NCBI GenBank assembly: GCA_051294375.1
Contig: CM119264.1
Span: 22,448,709-22,512,708, forward strand
Reading direction: 5' to 3'
From: Paraspadella gotoi
Taxonomy: Eukaryota > Animalia > Chaetognatha
DNA length: 64,000 bases
The position numbers and the translations under genes were made by a program. The notes under the pieces are model-generated. The model made no database searches and had not been told where the DNA came from. It was given only the letters and a program-made list of their open reading frames with translations. This document shows, piece by piece, positions 22,204 to 34,937 of this stretch (positions within the stretch are counted from its first letter, which is position 1; each line of letters begins with the position of its first letter).

Positions 22204-25200
22204 TCACAAAAACGTCATCTTTTCGTGACTGAGCGAATATTTCCTGCTCCTCTTCATCCTCCTGCAGCAGCAGACGACTCTGAAGCAGAGCAGCGTCGCC
22301 AATAGAACCAACGTCGCCCCGACAATCACCTTTAAGAAACAGGCCAAGAGTTTAAATATCCGAAAGAGTCAAAGGTCAAGATAGAAGTGTCACATTTCAC
22401 CCAACTGCGATGACAAAACAAAATAAAAACGACCAACCCACACAAAACGCAGCCAACCTTGTTTCTCATGGCCACCCCGTCGTTGGTGGCCAGCGTCGCC
22501 AGCAACACACCGCCGAGAAACAAGTAAGGCGCCAGCAGATGGCGCGTGTATGTCTCCATGAACGTCAGATCGAGCGCCAGCCACGCCACGACGACTACGC
22601 CGACGCCGCCGAACGCGACGCCGCCGGAAACTACGCGGGAGACTCCGTCTACGTGGGTGAGAACGACGGCGCTATAGTAGAAGGCGTTGTAGATCATCCA
22701 TGCGGCGCCGGCGCCGAGCGGAGCGACGACCATGACGGGGACGATGATCAGATCGGTGGGGAATTCTTTGGCGAAGAAGGGAAGAGAATCGTGATAGTCC
22801 TGGGATAAATTGGTTTAGTTTTGGCGGGAGGGGAGGGAGAATGAAAAATGAAAAATGAATTATTTAAGTATATTTATATATTTATATGTATATTTAAGTT
22901 TAAACTGTCTACCTTCAACCTCCAAAACACTTAGATAACGCATTCTCACCAGATTGTAATAATACCTTGAGCAAGTGATGGCAAGCATTAACGATAGATG
23001 TGACTGACAACAGCAACGGGATCAAAGCCATCCCCATCAGCCCCGCGTCCCACAGTAGCAGCCACGCTACGCAGAAAACGACGCAGACTGCGTAGCAGCC
23101 GTGGGTCTTGGCCGGGACGAACTCTGGATCCAAGTAGAGGAATCCTGAGGAAAGCGAGTTGTAAAATGACATCGCAAATTGTAATAAATTTGAGGGAAAA
23201 AAATACAATTAGTTGTGAATTAGTATAATGAGAATTAGCTTCATTTTTTTTTATCTTCACCTTTCGATCCTCTTCGCACGATGGAGCAGATGGAGTAGGT
23301 AATCCAAAAGAGCTGGGCGACGGACACCCCGAGCCACAACCAGAAGAAGGTCGAGGATTCGATGGTGAGGTCGACGACGAAATGTTGGGTAAGGTTGGCG
23401 AAGGAGCTGCGAAATAAGCTGTGGAAATAAATATGAATATTGTTAGTATGATTATTATGATTTATTGTTCCAAATCCTTAGTTTCTCACCAGATCAATTT
23501 TTTTTTTAAAGTTTAAAAACAGCAAAATTGCGCCGCCCGAGATATTTTTAATTTTCACTTTTTGTCTCCCGCTTTTCAGTTTCATCCCTCTTTCACCTCT
23601 CTAATCCCGATAACGTCCCCGTCCCTCTTAATATTTCGTACTTTCTCACCCGCCCCACCTCACCCGCCGCTCCCATCGTCGGACGCCGTCTCCGTCCAAG
23701 AAGGAAAGTTGAAGAAGGCGAAGAAGAGGATGAAGCCCCACTGGAGGAAGAAGTTGAGAAGGATGAGGAGGATGCGTCGTTTGCGGTGCTTGAAGAGGAG
23801 CTCGTTGTTGGGGTTGGAATAGGCACAGACTGTTGAGGGGGTGGGGGGAAGGGAGAAAAGGGGTTGAGGGTTATTTGAGGGAGTTTGGGCGGAGTGGAAA
23901 AAAGTATTTTTGGAGGATGACTGGGGATTAAGTGCGCATTGTGCAATAGCCAAAAACTAATTTCTATTTGTCTCTGTCCGAGCGTTATTTATTTTGTGTG
24001 CTTTGTTCTCTGAATTTTTTTCAGAAATTACTCCTATTTTAAAATGTCATTTTTTACGCCTTTGAGGAAGACAGAAACCTTCGAAATATAATGCTAATCA
24101 ATAAAAATTTAGAAAAGACCTGGCAAGTAGAGACCACGAAAAAAATTACATCAATGAATCAAATCTTGTCGGAATGACAACTCTAAGAAACTATATATTA
24201 AAAGTTTTATATAAGTTTTCTTAGGAGAGGGGTAGAAAGATGGATGAGAAAAAGAGTCAAAAGTTGAATTTGTGGGAGGTGTACTATCTATTTAAGAAGT
24301 TTTTTTTTTCGACTTCAAGATTGGTTAGTAAATTTTTTTAAAAAATCTGGTGTCAATTTTACAAGGCGTGTCCTCAGCTACGGTGGGTGAACTTTTGCGG
24401 GAAAAAAAGAAAAAGATAAAAGTTGTGAACAATTAAAAAACTTTATTGCATTAAAATTAAACCGTCTGGGGATCATCTCGCTACAGTAAAGGACTTGATG
24501 GCTTTTTTTATTCTTGAAAACTATCGTTTTCGAGTTGGAGAAATTAGGCCAAAAATAAACCATTCATCAATATCAAATATTTCTGATCTTTTGAACGCCG
24601 ACGAATTGTGAAGTCGGAAAATCGATTCGAGGATATCACATTCGTGATCTTTGTTTATTTCACGAGATTGATGAGAGAGAAAGATCGCTGATTGTGAGAA
24701 CTCCTCAGCTCGATTCAGCGTGAAATGTTGATTTAACTTTCTTGCAAAACTTAGAAAATTAGAGCATAGTTTTGAAAACCTGATTAATAAGGCTTCTACT
24801 ATGTAGTATAAAAATTTAGGTGCAAAATAGCTTATTTAAATGAATGGATATTTTTAATATTGGTTTTACAAATTATATATTTAAGTAAAATCGGATATTA
24901 ATGCAAGAACTTACCTCACGTAGTTATGACGGAAAATTTATCAAACAAAAAACGACTCAAGCGCGATAGCAATAAAGTTTTTTTTGTAACAATCATAATT
25001 TTTATATTGCCAATGTTGTACCAATTTAATATAGGTGTTATTACGTATATTATTTCCCCATCATATTTTACATTTCACATTTCGTTTAGGCCTTTGCAAC
25101 CTTTAAAACTACACCCTACCCGACCCTACCCTTTACCCAAAAACTTACCCTGAGAGTACCGGGCCACCGACTGTCCGGCGATGGACGGCGCCGCCATTTC

Positions 25201-25701
25201 TCGGCCGAGATCTGGGTCCGTATCCAAATCGGCGCCGTAAACGAATCCCGACTCTTCGCCGATAGAGTTTCCGGCGACGGACCGCCGATGGGTGGAGATT
25301 TCGTCGGCGTCGCGCCGCAGATTTTGCCGATAATGACGGTGCCGATATTTGGCGAGGAGGCGCGCCGATGCCGAGTCGCCGCTGACCGATCGCGCCAATT
25401 CCGACGCCGTGGAATCTCTATTCGTCCAAGTCTTTGCCGAATCTTCCGAATTTCGTTTCGCCGATCCTTTGGCCGAGTGTCCCGAATTGACCGAGAATTC
25501 GTTGTCCGAGGGGGCGCGTCGATTACGTTCGGCGAGAGGCGTGTCTCGTTCTGGCGGCGTCGAGTCGCGATCGACGAGCGACGCTTCACGATCCTCGGTG
25601 GGCGTGGCGAGATCGTTGGCGTTCATGTCGCGATCCGCGGAGGAGGAAGAGTCGGATCGTGGGTCTTCGTTCGGGACAAAGTTTAACTCTTCGGTTCGCA
25701 T
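22204..25701 (-). CDS. Uncharacterised multi-pass membrane protein, 6 exons, 507 aa, with a long disordered N-terminus; resembles a TspO/MBR-like uncharacterised animal family
   Basis: complement(join(22204..22329,22458..22799,22966..23144,23261..23418,23664..23829,25149..25701)) = 1524 nt. All introns are GT-AG with phases 1,2,1,0,0, giving one open frame. It has about 8 hydrophobic segments (RILLILLNFFLQWGFILFFAFF; FFWLWLGVSVAQLFWITYSIC; CVVFCVAWLLLWD; ...; VIVGATLVLLATLLCF) and ends CCCRRMKRSRKYSLSHEKMTFL*. The family assignment is from recalled motif similarity only. Exon 1 is the least certain part. Confidence 0.82.
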
Positions 25702-26954
25702 CTTGACGACGCGACGTCTCTGTCTCTCTCTCTCGCTCTCTTTATTACTCTCTTTCTTTCTTTTGTTTCTCCTCTCTCTTTCTTTCTCTTTCTCTCCCAC
25801 TCTTGAGACGTGAACGAGTTCGTCTCTGTCCCTCGATCCACGATATATTCGACCCAAGATAATTAGTTTTTCGTTAATTTTGTTTTTTTCCCTTTCGAAG
25901 TCTTTTTTTTTTCCACGGGAGAAAATTAGAAGATGAAAAGATGAGTTAACAAAAGAAATTGTCTTTCTTTCTTTTTTTTATTAAATTTTTTCACTCGACT
26001 ATTTTCGTCGAAAGTTCGAAAGAAAAGAGGAGAAGAAAAAGAAATAAAGGAAAAATGATGTAAAAATATTACAAATTACAAATTACATATTACAAAGAAA
26101 TTCAAAATCAAAACAGGAAGGGAATTTAGATATTTTTCTCTCCGGAATAGCATGTTATTAATAGGGTTTAGCAAAAACAAACTACTGAATTCATCATTAC
26201 TTCAATAAAGGTACAAAAACACTGTTTTGGTATTTTATGTAAATATTAAAACTTACGATTAATACTCCTTAATCTTTAGTGTCGTTGATCCCAACCGCTT
26301 GAGCGAAGTTTTTATTCGATTTAAACTGATGCGGTTTTTTCTTTTTAAAAAATTTTCTTTCCCGTGTATTTTCTTCGCTAACCGAATTAAAAGTCATCAG
26401 TGTCGAGAAAGGGAGAGAGAGAAGAAAAAAGAGAGAGGAGAGAGAGTACCATGACGATTTTCTCTCGTACTCTCTCTCTCCCCGACGGCAGAAAGGCGCT
26501 CACTGCAATTCTTTATCGCTTTCATCCTTTCATTTGTAGATCCTTTCTTCCTTCCTTCGCTCTGCATTTGATTATAGCCTTCTACAAGTCTGAACTCAGA
26601 GCGCGAAGGGATATGACTTGAGGGTTTTAGCCCAACACATCTANNNNNNNNNNNNNNNNNNNNNNNNNAAGGAGAGAGAGAGAGAGAGAGAGAGAGGACG
26701 AGAGAGAGAGAGAGAGAGAGAGAGATTTATAAAAGTTTTCAATGAAAATCAGTTGTCGATTTTATTCTTGGTTTCAAAACCGAGCACAGGAAAATAGTGG
26801 AAAAAAAAACAAAACACGAAAATCCCTTTCAGTATTTTTTTAAAGATTTTCACTCTAATTTTATATCTTTTTTATCTCTTTTTTCTGGGAGGTTTATTAT
26901 CACGTATCTTAAAATTTGAGAGAACAAAAACAAAAAGGGAAAGAAGAAAGAGAG

Positions 26955-27004
<50 letters not shown>

Positions 27005-27442
27005 AGAGAGGAGGTTGATTTTATTTTCTCTTTTTGCGATAAAATGATAAAAATTGAAACGAATATTACAACCGAAACGTTTTCTTTTTTCTCGAATTTA
27101 TTTCTTAAAAGTTGGAGAATCATTCGTGGTCTGTCGTCGTCCTTGTCGTCGTCGTCGTCGTCGTCGTCATCTTCGTCCTCGTCGTCGGGAGAGTCAATGG
27201 CGTTGTCATCGTCGGTCGGCGCCGACGCATTGTTACGATATTCAAGTCTCAGTTATTTCACCAAATAAGGGCGAAAGAAAAAAAAAGAAAGCAGGATAGA
27301 AATACGACAAAGAAAGGAAGAAAATTCCTTTGTTCTTTTTTTTTTCAACGGTGTCGAGGATAATCGATTTAAGTCGAGGAATCGTCAATAGATGGCGCTG
27401 AGAAAGAAACAAATGAGGCGGTGACAAATTTGAATTTCGAAC

Positions 27443-27446
<4 letters not shown>

Positions 27447-27510
<64 letters not shown>

Positions 27511-27614
27511 AGCTATAACCAGAAAGTAGTTGTCTTAAAAACCTGGAATTAATGGTTATTCATGAGAGGAGGGAGATAGATCATCTGATCGAGATTAAAC
27601 ACGAACGGGTCTAG

Positions 27615-27699
<85 letters not shown>

Positions 27700-27710
27700 C
27701 TCTCTCCTCT
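27447..27710. repeat. (GA)n tract followed by (CT)n tract
   Basis: (GA)n at 27447-27509 and (CT)n at about 27618-27710, separated by about 110 bp of unique sequence. Confidence 0.9.
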
Positions 27711-29827
27711 CTTCGCTTCATTCTTTCATTCATTTATTCTTTATTTTCTCTAATTTATCTATATTCGTATCGTCCGTAATTCGAGTGTTTCTCCCGCATC
27801 AAAAAAATACTCCGCTCACGCATTGAGCGCAATCAAATATTTTCTTTAAAAAAAAAAAGGGAAAAAATGCGTGAGACGAAATCGAAAGATGAGCGTCGAA
27901 TTCGAAACGTGAGTTTGAAATGTGACTTGTGAATCGAAAGGAGAATATTCCTTGACTCCGAAATGGCCCGATCTTATTGTGAGCAATTAAAAGCGGCGTG
28001 GTCGTCCCTCAGAAATAAGTCAAAAACATTTATATCCAGTTGGATGTACACTTTTGAAAATAGCTTCGAATATTTCATTTCAAAACTGAATAAAAAAAGG
28101 CGATTTTCATGCGAAGTGGCGACTGAAAAAAAAATGAGCTCTTATGGACGACACAAATCATTCTTACTCTGAAACTTGTGTCGTCCATACTCTCCGTTTA
28201 AAAAATTAATCGCTCTACTAGACCGACGAAAGTTCAGAATGAAGAGAAAGTAATTTTAAAAAGGAAATTCGTTTTGATTACACCTCCCTCAATAAAAATT
28301 AACCTCTAATCAACTCCCTCCCGTGTGCGATGATTAAATTTAAAGCTAACCTCCGTTGTTTCAGAATCTTGGGGTTTTTTTTTTTTGGTTTTAAACACGA
28401 GACCTTTTTAAGTTGATTCCGCCGCTTGAAGTTGAATGTTTCTCTTGTTGTATAAACGAAAGGAGTGTTATGATCGAGTGATTTTACTAAAGAATTTTAC
28501 AATAAAATAATCATTTTTCTAAAAACAAAAGAAAAATAGAGAAGTCGGGTAAAATCTTGAGACGATTAAAAATATTATTTTTTCCATATCAACGAATTCC
28601 TTTCGTGCTTTGATGAAATTTGGACGTAAGTTTTGTTTTTCCAGAACATATTTAGTCTCCCTCTCTTTTCATTCCTTCGTTTATTGACCTCATTTCTTTC
28701 TTCATTTATTTCATTTACAAACCGTGTGAGAATGAAATATAGCGAAGAAGAAAACATTACGTGGATTCGCTCGTCGAATGTTGTTTCCATTTCGACAGGA
28801 AATAAAAACAAAAAAAAAAGATTTGGAGATTTTCGAAAGACGTCGAATTTCGGGTTTGGAGAAAAACGGTTTTCAAGATGGGATCGAAAAGAGTGAACTG
28901 TTTACCAGAACAGGGATCATTTTTTTTCCTTTTCTCTCTTGAATGCTTAGAGTGACGGGTCTAATTTGCACGCACACTTTCAACATGTTTCGTGTTTCGA
29001 CGCGTTGACGTGACAAACACTTTGACAGATAATATTTTAATCGAGGGACGAGAAATTAGGGAAGAGGTGAGGGTGGGACAGAAGAGCAAACATTAGGGTG
29101 GGACAGAAGGGCAAATATTATGAACAATAAAGCCACTGACAACGTAACGATATTTCGATTGATACTGATGAAATTTTTGGAACGTCGTCAGTTCTCACCC
29201 AGAATGAGTGAATTAAAGCTGCCGAAAGTCGAAAAAAAAATTATGCGTACAAAAAACCGTGAGATTCTTTTTCGGTGGGATTCGGGATTTTAAAATTAAA
29301 AAAAAAGGGAAAAAAAAAGTTTAAAGACGAAAAACTATTTTTTGTTCATTTCTTCGTCCCGCCTTTTTTTTCCCCTTTCGGTTTTCGACTAAATTCGAAC
29401 CACATGGGGAGTTTTTAGAATAACAACGGACCACCTCAGTTTTCTTTCGGGGATATTTTCCCCTTTTTTTTTTTGAATGAACCACCTCGAGACACCGTTC
29501 GAAAATACCTCCTTTAAAACGGTCGTCTCCATCGCCACCCGCCGATTTCCTCGTTTTTCTAATGGATCGAGAAAAAAAAATTGTCAATTCTCCACCGACC
29601 CTACCGTCACCCACCACCATCAACTACGATCCTGAACGAACCCTTACGGCTTCAACCTATCGTCGTCATAGCATTCGAAACGCCCCGTCAATCCTTGAAG
29701 GGCCCAATCCTGCATCGACAACTCTCTCCCCCCCCTATTTCATATTACACGCGATCCCAGGAAATTCAAGATTTATTTCAATATGCGAGGACGAAATGTT
29801 AGGTTGCGAAGAAAATTGTCATCACAA

Positions 29828-29897
29828 TGATGACAATGATGATAAGAAAGTGTATGATGACAATGATGATAAGAAAGTGTATGATGACAATGATGAT
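29828..29897 (+). repeat. 27-bp tandem repeat (TGATGACAATGATGATAAGAAAGTGTA)
   Basis: About 2.5 exact units. Confidence 0.8.
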
Positions 29898-30507
29898 AAC
29901 GCTACTTCTACCGATACCGATTACAATGAATCTTTTTGGGAATATTTCGTACAATTCCCTTCACAAACTGATTAATAGAAATAAAAGACGAAGGAAGACG
30001 ACAATGACGACGGCGGGGGCAGCAGCGGCTGCGGCGGTGGCAGCATCGGCAGCGGCGGTGGCAGTAGAAGTAGTCGAAAAAATGTTTGATGACTTTTCCG
30101 TCTTCCAGTTTTCTAGTGACGAATTCTGGATCGAGAGCATCGGTGACGTCTTCCCAGCGGGCGTTATTGACTTCTTCTTCTTCGTCGTCGTCGACTTTGT
30201 CGTCTACTCCGTCGTTGTAATTATCGTCGTCATTATCCTCGTCTAAGACTTCATTTAGGTTTCCGTCCAAAATTTATTACTCCGCCGTGATATATTCGTC
30301 GTTTATGACAAAATCAAAATCATCTCTCGTAAAAATGATGCCTTTTTAAATGGACTTACTACTGCCATTAGATATATTATCATCTGGAGCGGTAGAACAA
30401 AGCTCACGATAACGATTACGACCTCACGAAAGTCGGCTACCAATCCCTGGGAGTCCACGATCAAATTCTGTCGATCGGCCTTTGTCTTCTTTGTTGTTGT
30501 TGTTGTT

Positions 30508-30540
<33 letters not shown>

Positions 30541-32091
30541 CCTCTGGGTGTTGATGAAGGAGGAACTGGTTTCCGAGGTCTTTTGGTCGTTGGCTGTGGT
30601 GGTTTTCTAATCTTAAGTGGTAGACTGTTGGGATAAAACTGTGGTGGTGGTGTTGGAGAGTGAGTGGGCGTTGCAGGCTGAGAGTTATTTTTATTCTCAA
30701 ACAAAAGAAACTGATTAAAAAATATAAATGATTATATATTTTTCTATTTCTCAACAAATTTATAAACTACATAATTTTAAAATAAAAAAAAAACTGAAAT
30801 AAAAATAATCGATAGAAAAGTTTAAAATTTAGCCTCGATAAAACCCAAGTTTGGAATCAGGTTGTAAATAGATTAAAGTCTTGTTTTCGTGGCCCGGACT
30901 GTATTAAGAAGCCACTCCCCAGAGCTAATATAAGTCGGGATCCGATTAGCTCGAAATTGAATCGAAAAAACATTTTCTTTCTCGGAAAACAAATTAGCAA
31001 AACTTAGATCGAAAGTCACAACCGGAAGGCAAAGAATTATCCAAAATTGGGGAAAGAAAAACTTTTTTCTATAAAATTATGTTATTTATACCTGATAACA
31101 TTATTTATTATTTGCGGAATGGTTGCCGAGTGGTTATCGAAAGTCCTAAGTCGAATTGGAAACCTTGCTAACAAAAAAAATTAAAAACAATAATAACAAC
31201 AAAAATTTTTATCAAGTTTGGAAAAGTTGAGAAAAAAGTTTGAATAGTATCGAACCAGAAAAAGGTTAGGAAATTGAAACTATTTATTCAAGAGTAATAC
31301 GATGACAGCTGAGGAGTAAAGGATTTCCCTGAACGGACGATGAGTCTAGAAACTCTAGATAAAAAAAAATCGGATGTTTGTTTATTTAACGTCTTAGATT
31401 TCTTTAGATTTCGCCTTTTGTCGAGAAAAGACAATTGATGTAACCGAAAAATACCTGGCTGGTTTACATATTGTTGTATATTTGTTGTACAAGCAAGCAT
31501 TTTGAAATCGCATTACTAATTACAAATTACTAATAGACCGAAACTGAAAAGGCATCCAAGAAAAAAAAGCTTTCATGCGACAATGAATAAATTGAGAAAT
31601 CTGCAATAGAATTAAAAATAATATTTACATCGATATCCGAGTAGCAACGTCATTTTCGACAATTATGATATGAAGCTGACATTTTTGACAAAAGGAAAGG
31701 CGATGACGAAGGCGCTGACGAGGGCGGCGACGACAAAGGATAAGAGGACGAAGGCAACGACGAAAACAACGACGGGGATGACGACGACGACGCCGACGAT
31801 GGAGACGAAGGTGACGACGACAAAAGCGACGACCACGACGACGAAGGCGACGACGACGACGAAAGCGACGACCACGACGGCGACGAGATCGATTGTCGCA
31901 GAATTCAACGTTTTTACGGCGTCGATTTTGATCGTTCATCGCGGCGGCGGAGGCGGCGACTGATGCGGCGGCGGCGAGGCGACGAAGCGGCGTCTGGGAC
32001 GGCGTCGGCGTCGGCGTCGGAAGCAATGGAACGCATTGTTGTGCGGAATTGGAATCCGATTGCTTTCATAGAAATTCTGATGAGCGTTGGG

Positions 32092-32219
<128 letters not shown>

Positions 32220-33934
32220 CGGATAAAAATCATTTTTAGAGTTTTAAGATGAAAGTTCACATTCATCTAATTTTCGTAAAGTAAATATTTAATAATCCTT
32301 CTATCTCTTCGTCATCCATTTTATTTCCATTTGCCGAAAGGAATTTTCCTCAGTTTATATGCTTTTATTTAATTTTCGCTTTTTTCTTTATACGATTTCG
32401 TTTTCCACTAATTACTTTTCTTGTTTAATTTTGTTTCAACTGTCAATCACTGATGAAGGCTTGCAAAAACATTAACTTTAATAAAATCAAAACTATCGTT
32501 GCCAAAACAAACAAAACTTTTCGTTTTTCTTACATATTTTGTTTCAAATACATTTTTTTACAATCTTAATCCACAATTAAGTACCATGGTTAAATTCGCA
32601 TAGTACTATACTTCAAACCTTCCCAGTTGTTTTATCCATTCTAGACATTACCATTTCTTCCATTCTTTTTTTTTAATGTTTTCCTCCTCGTTTCTTTTTA
32701 ATTTTCTCTCCTTTTTTTTTTCTTCCCCTACTGTTTTTTAAAGACTTCTTCCCCCAACTGTCCTACCGTCTCTTATTCTTTTCTTTCCTCCGCCCCCTTC
32801 CCGTTTTCTTTAGCTACATTTTTTCCTCCACCCCATCCTCCTTTCTTCTTTCCTCCCTCTCCGCCTCCCTTTCCTCCCTCCGCCATTTCCGGCTGAAAAG
32901 ACAATCTCATTCCGTGGTGGGATCTCCTCATACAAATTGACTTTTTAGAATTGGAATCTTTTAGCCGCTTCATTGATCCCCCTTCTGATGGATAACTCAT
33001 CATTTAGAGATTTCTGCCTTTTCTCGGAAATTGCCTTCTGATTCCTCTCTTCTACACTTACTCATCTCTGACTTCCGGATACTCGCTCATTGTGTCGTCG
33101 AGATTCTTCTGCTCTCTCTCTCTATCCTCTCTCATCACTCGACGCAATCCACATCTCGTCACGCCGACTAGATCAGGTATACGTCTCTCGACGGGCGTCG
33201 CGCATAAAGGGACTCGTCATCAAATCAAATAACCTAGCTCAGACCAAAGTCAAAGTCTCTCTCCTATCGTCATCATATCAAATTATCTCTACTCTCTCTC
33301 CAGTGAAATAGAGGTGAGACGATGTTATGAGGCAAATCAGAGGAACTATATGAGAAAAAACTCCAAGGTCTAACAGTAACTAAAAATTTGTTATTTTCTT
33401 TGTTGTTTGATGGCCGACTCATGTCGGAATGGAAAATCTTGACAGTGGGAAAAGTCTGTAGTTGTTCAATAGTTTATTAGGACCCATTATCACGCACAAT
33501 TGTTAATTGTTAGTTAACTTAGTGAGAGAGCGAGAGATTCTGATATAAAAAGGCGATATCCGTCCTCCGACCTCCATCCTCCAGCCTTTTCACGTCGCCA
33601 GATTTGTCCCTCCTCTTTCCATCGACAAAACAGGTAACACGGTTTGTTTCATTTGATACAATTTCCAATTCCGTTTCGGTGACAGAATCATTCTTTTTCG
33701 CGTCCTGGTTGAATCCCTCACTCTCTCTCTCTCTCTCTCGTTCACGAAAAAAAAGAGCATGAAAAAACGAGGCTAACAAAAGAGCAGCGTTTTTTGGAAC
33801 CGATGTGACGTTTTGAAAAATTGAGGCTCGACAGAGAATTACGTATGATCGAGCGGTCGCATATAACTAACTGCAAGTTTTGCGGGTGGGGGGAGGGGAT
33901 GGTAGAGAAAAAGGAGAGGAAAATGGGGAAAAGT

Positions 33935-34001
<67 letters not shown>

Positions 34002-34868
34002 AGAGCAGAGAGAGAGAGAAGAGAGATCTGGGTGATGAATACATAAAATACGTCTCCCAGACTGATATTGTGGAAACTTGGAAAGATATATAGTGTTTTA
34101 AATACCGTTAGTAAATTTAACTTTACTTGTAGGCGTGTAAAGGAGCTAGTTTTTTTTAATAGCAGATTACAATACAGTTAAACTCAATCGCCATAGTTCG
34201 CGTTCATTCATGCTTCTCCCTTCGGAACTTGTTTTTTCCCTTAAGCTTCCTTACTGTTTTCCCTTGTGTTGTTTGATTCGTCTCAGATTTTACTTATTTC
34301 GACTAAACATGACTCACTTTTCGTCGCGCAATTACTTTTTGAAAATTCACCTTTTGCTCCCCCTTACCCTCGTGTTTGCTTATGAAAAGTCTTAAAGTGT
34401 AACCGACCTTCTCCCAACCTCTCTCCTACTGCCTATACCCGCCTCTCTCAGAGTCTCTTTCCTTACTTCTCTTTCCCAGGTTCTCTCTGCCTGTCTTCCT
34501 CTCCTCGCCCCCCTTTGCCCGCCCGCCTCGCCCGCTCGAGTCCGTATCCCGCCGTCCCCTGCCCGCATTACCTGGCACGCGCGAGCAACGAGCGAGCGAG
34601 CAAGGAAGGGGGGGGGAAATCAGATATTACGCCGAGTGGTTTTGCTATCATCCGTTTGAGGGCGTGAAAAATATCGGCGCCGGCGGCGGCGGCGTCGATG
34701 GAAGCGGCGACGAAGGCGGCGTCGGCGGCGGAGAGCGACGTCGGCGGCGGCGGGGAGCGACGTCGGCGACGTCGGCGCCGGGGCGCGCCGGAAAATGAAG
34801 GGCAGAGGTCGTCTTCGGTCGCCTGGCTTTTAATAAAAACAAAATTGATTCTGGGGTTCGAGTCCGCG

Positions 34869-34937
<69 letters not shown>

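Noticed and set aside
22915-22917. TGA at the end of ORF 22915..23208 as a possible selenocysteine or readthrough codon next to a selenium-binding protein gene
   Set aside because: It lies in an intron: the phase-0 donor at 22966/22965 joins cleanly to 22799. SELENBP1 itself has no in-frame TGA.
24909-24920. Strong minus-strand donor GAG|GTAAGT inside intron 1 of the membrane protein gene
   Set aside because: No suitable acceptor or start codon was found upstream; it could be an alternative first exon but is unsupported.
31670-31963. Thr-rich mucin-like ORF
   Set aside because: Derived from (ACG)n repeats, with no signal peptide or splice context.
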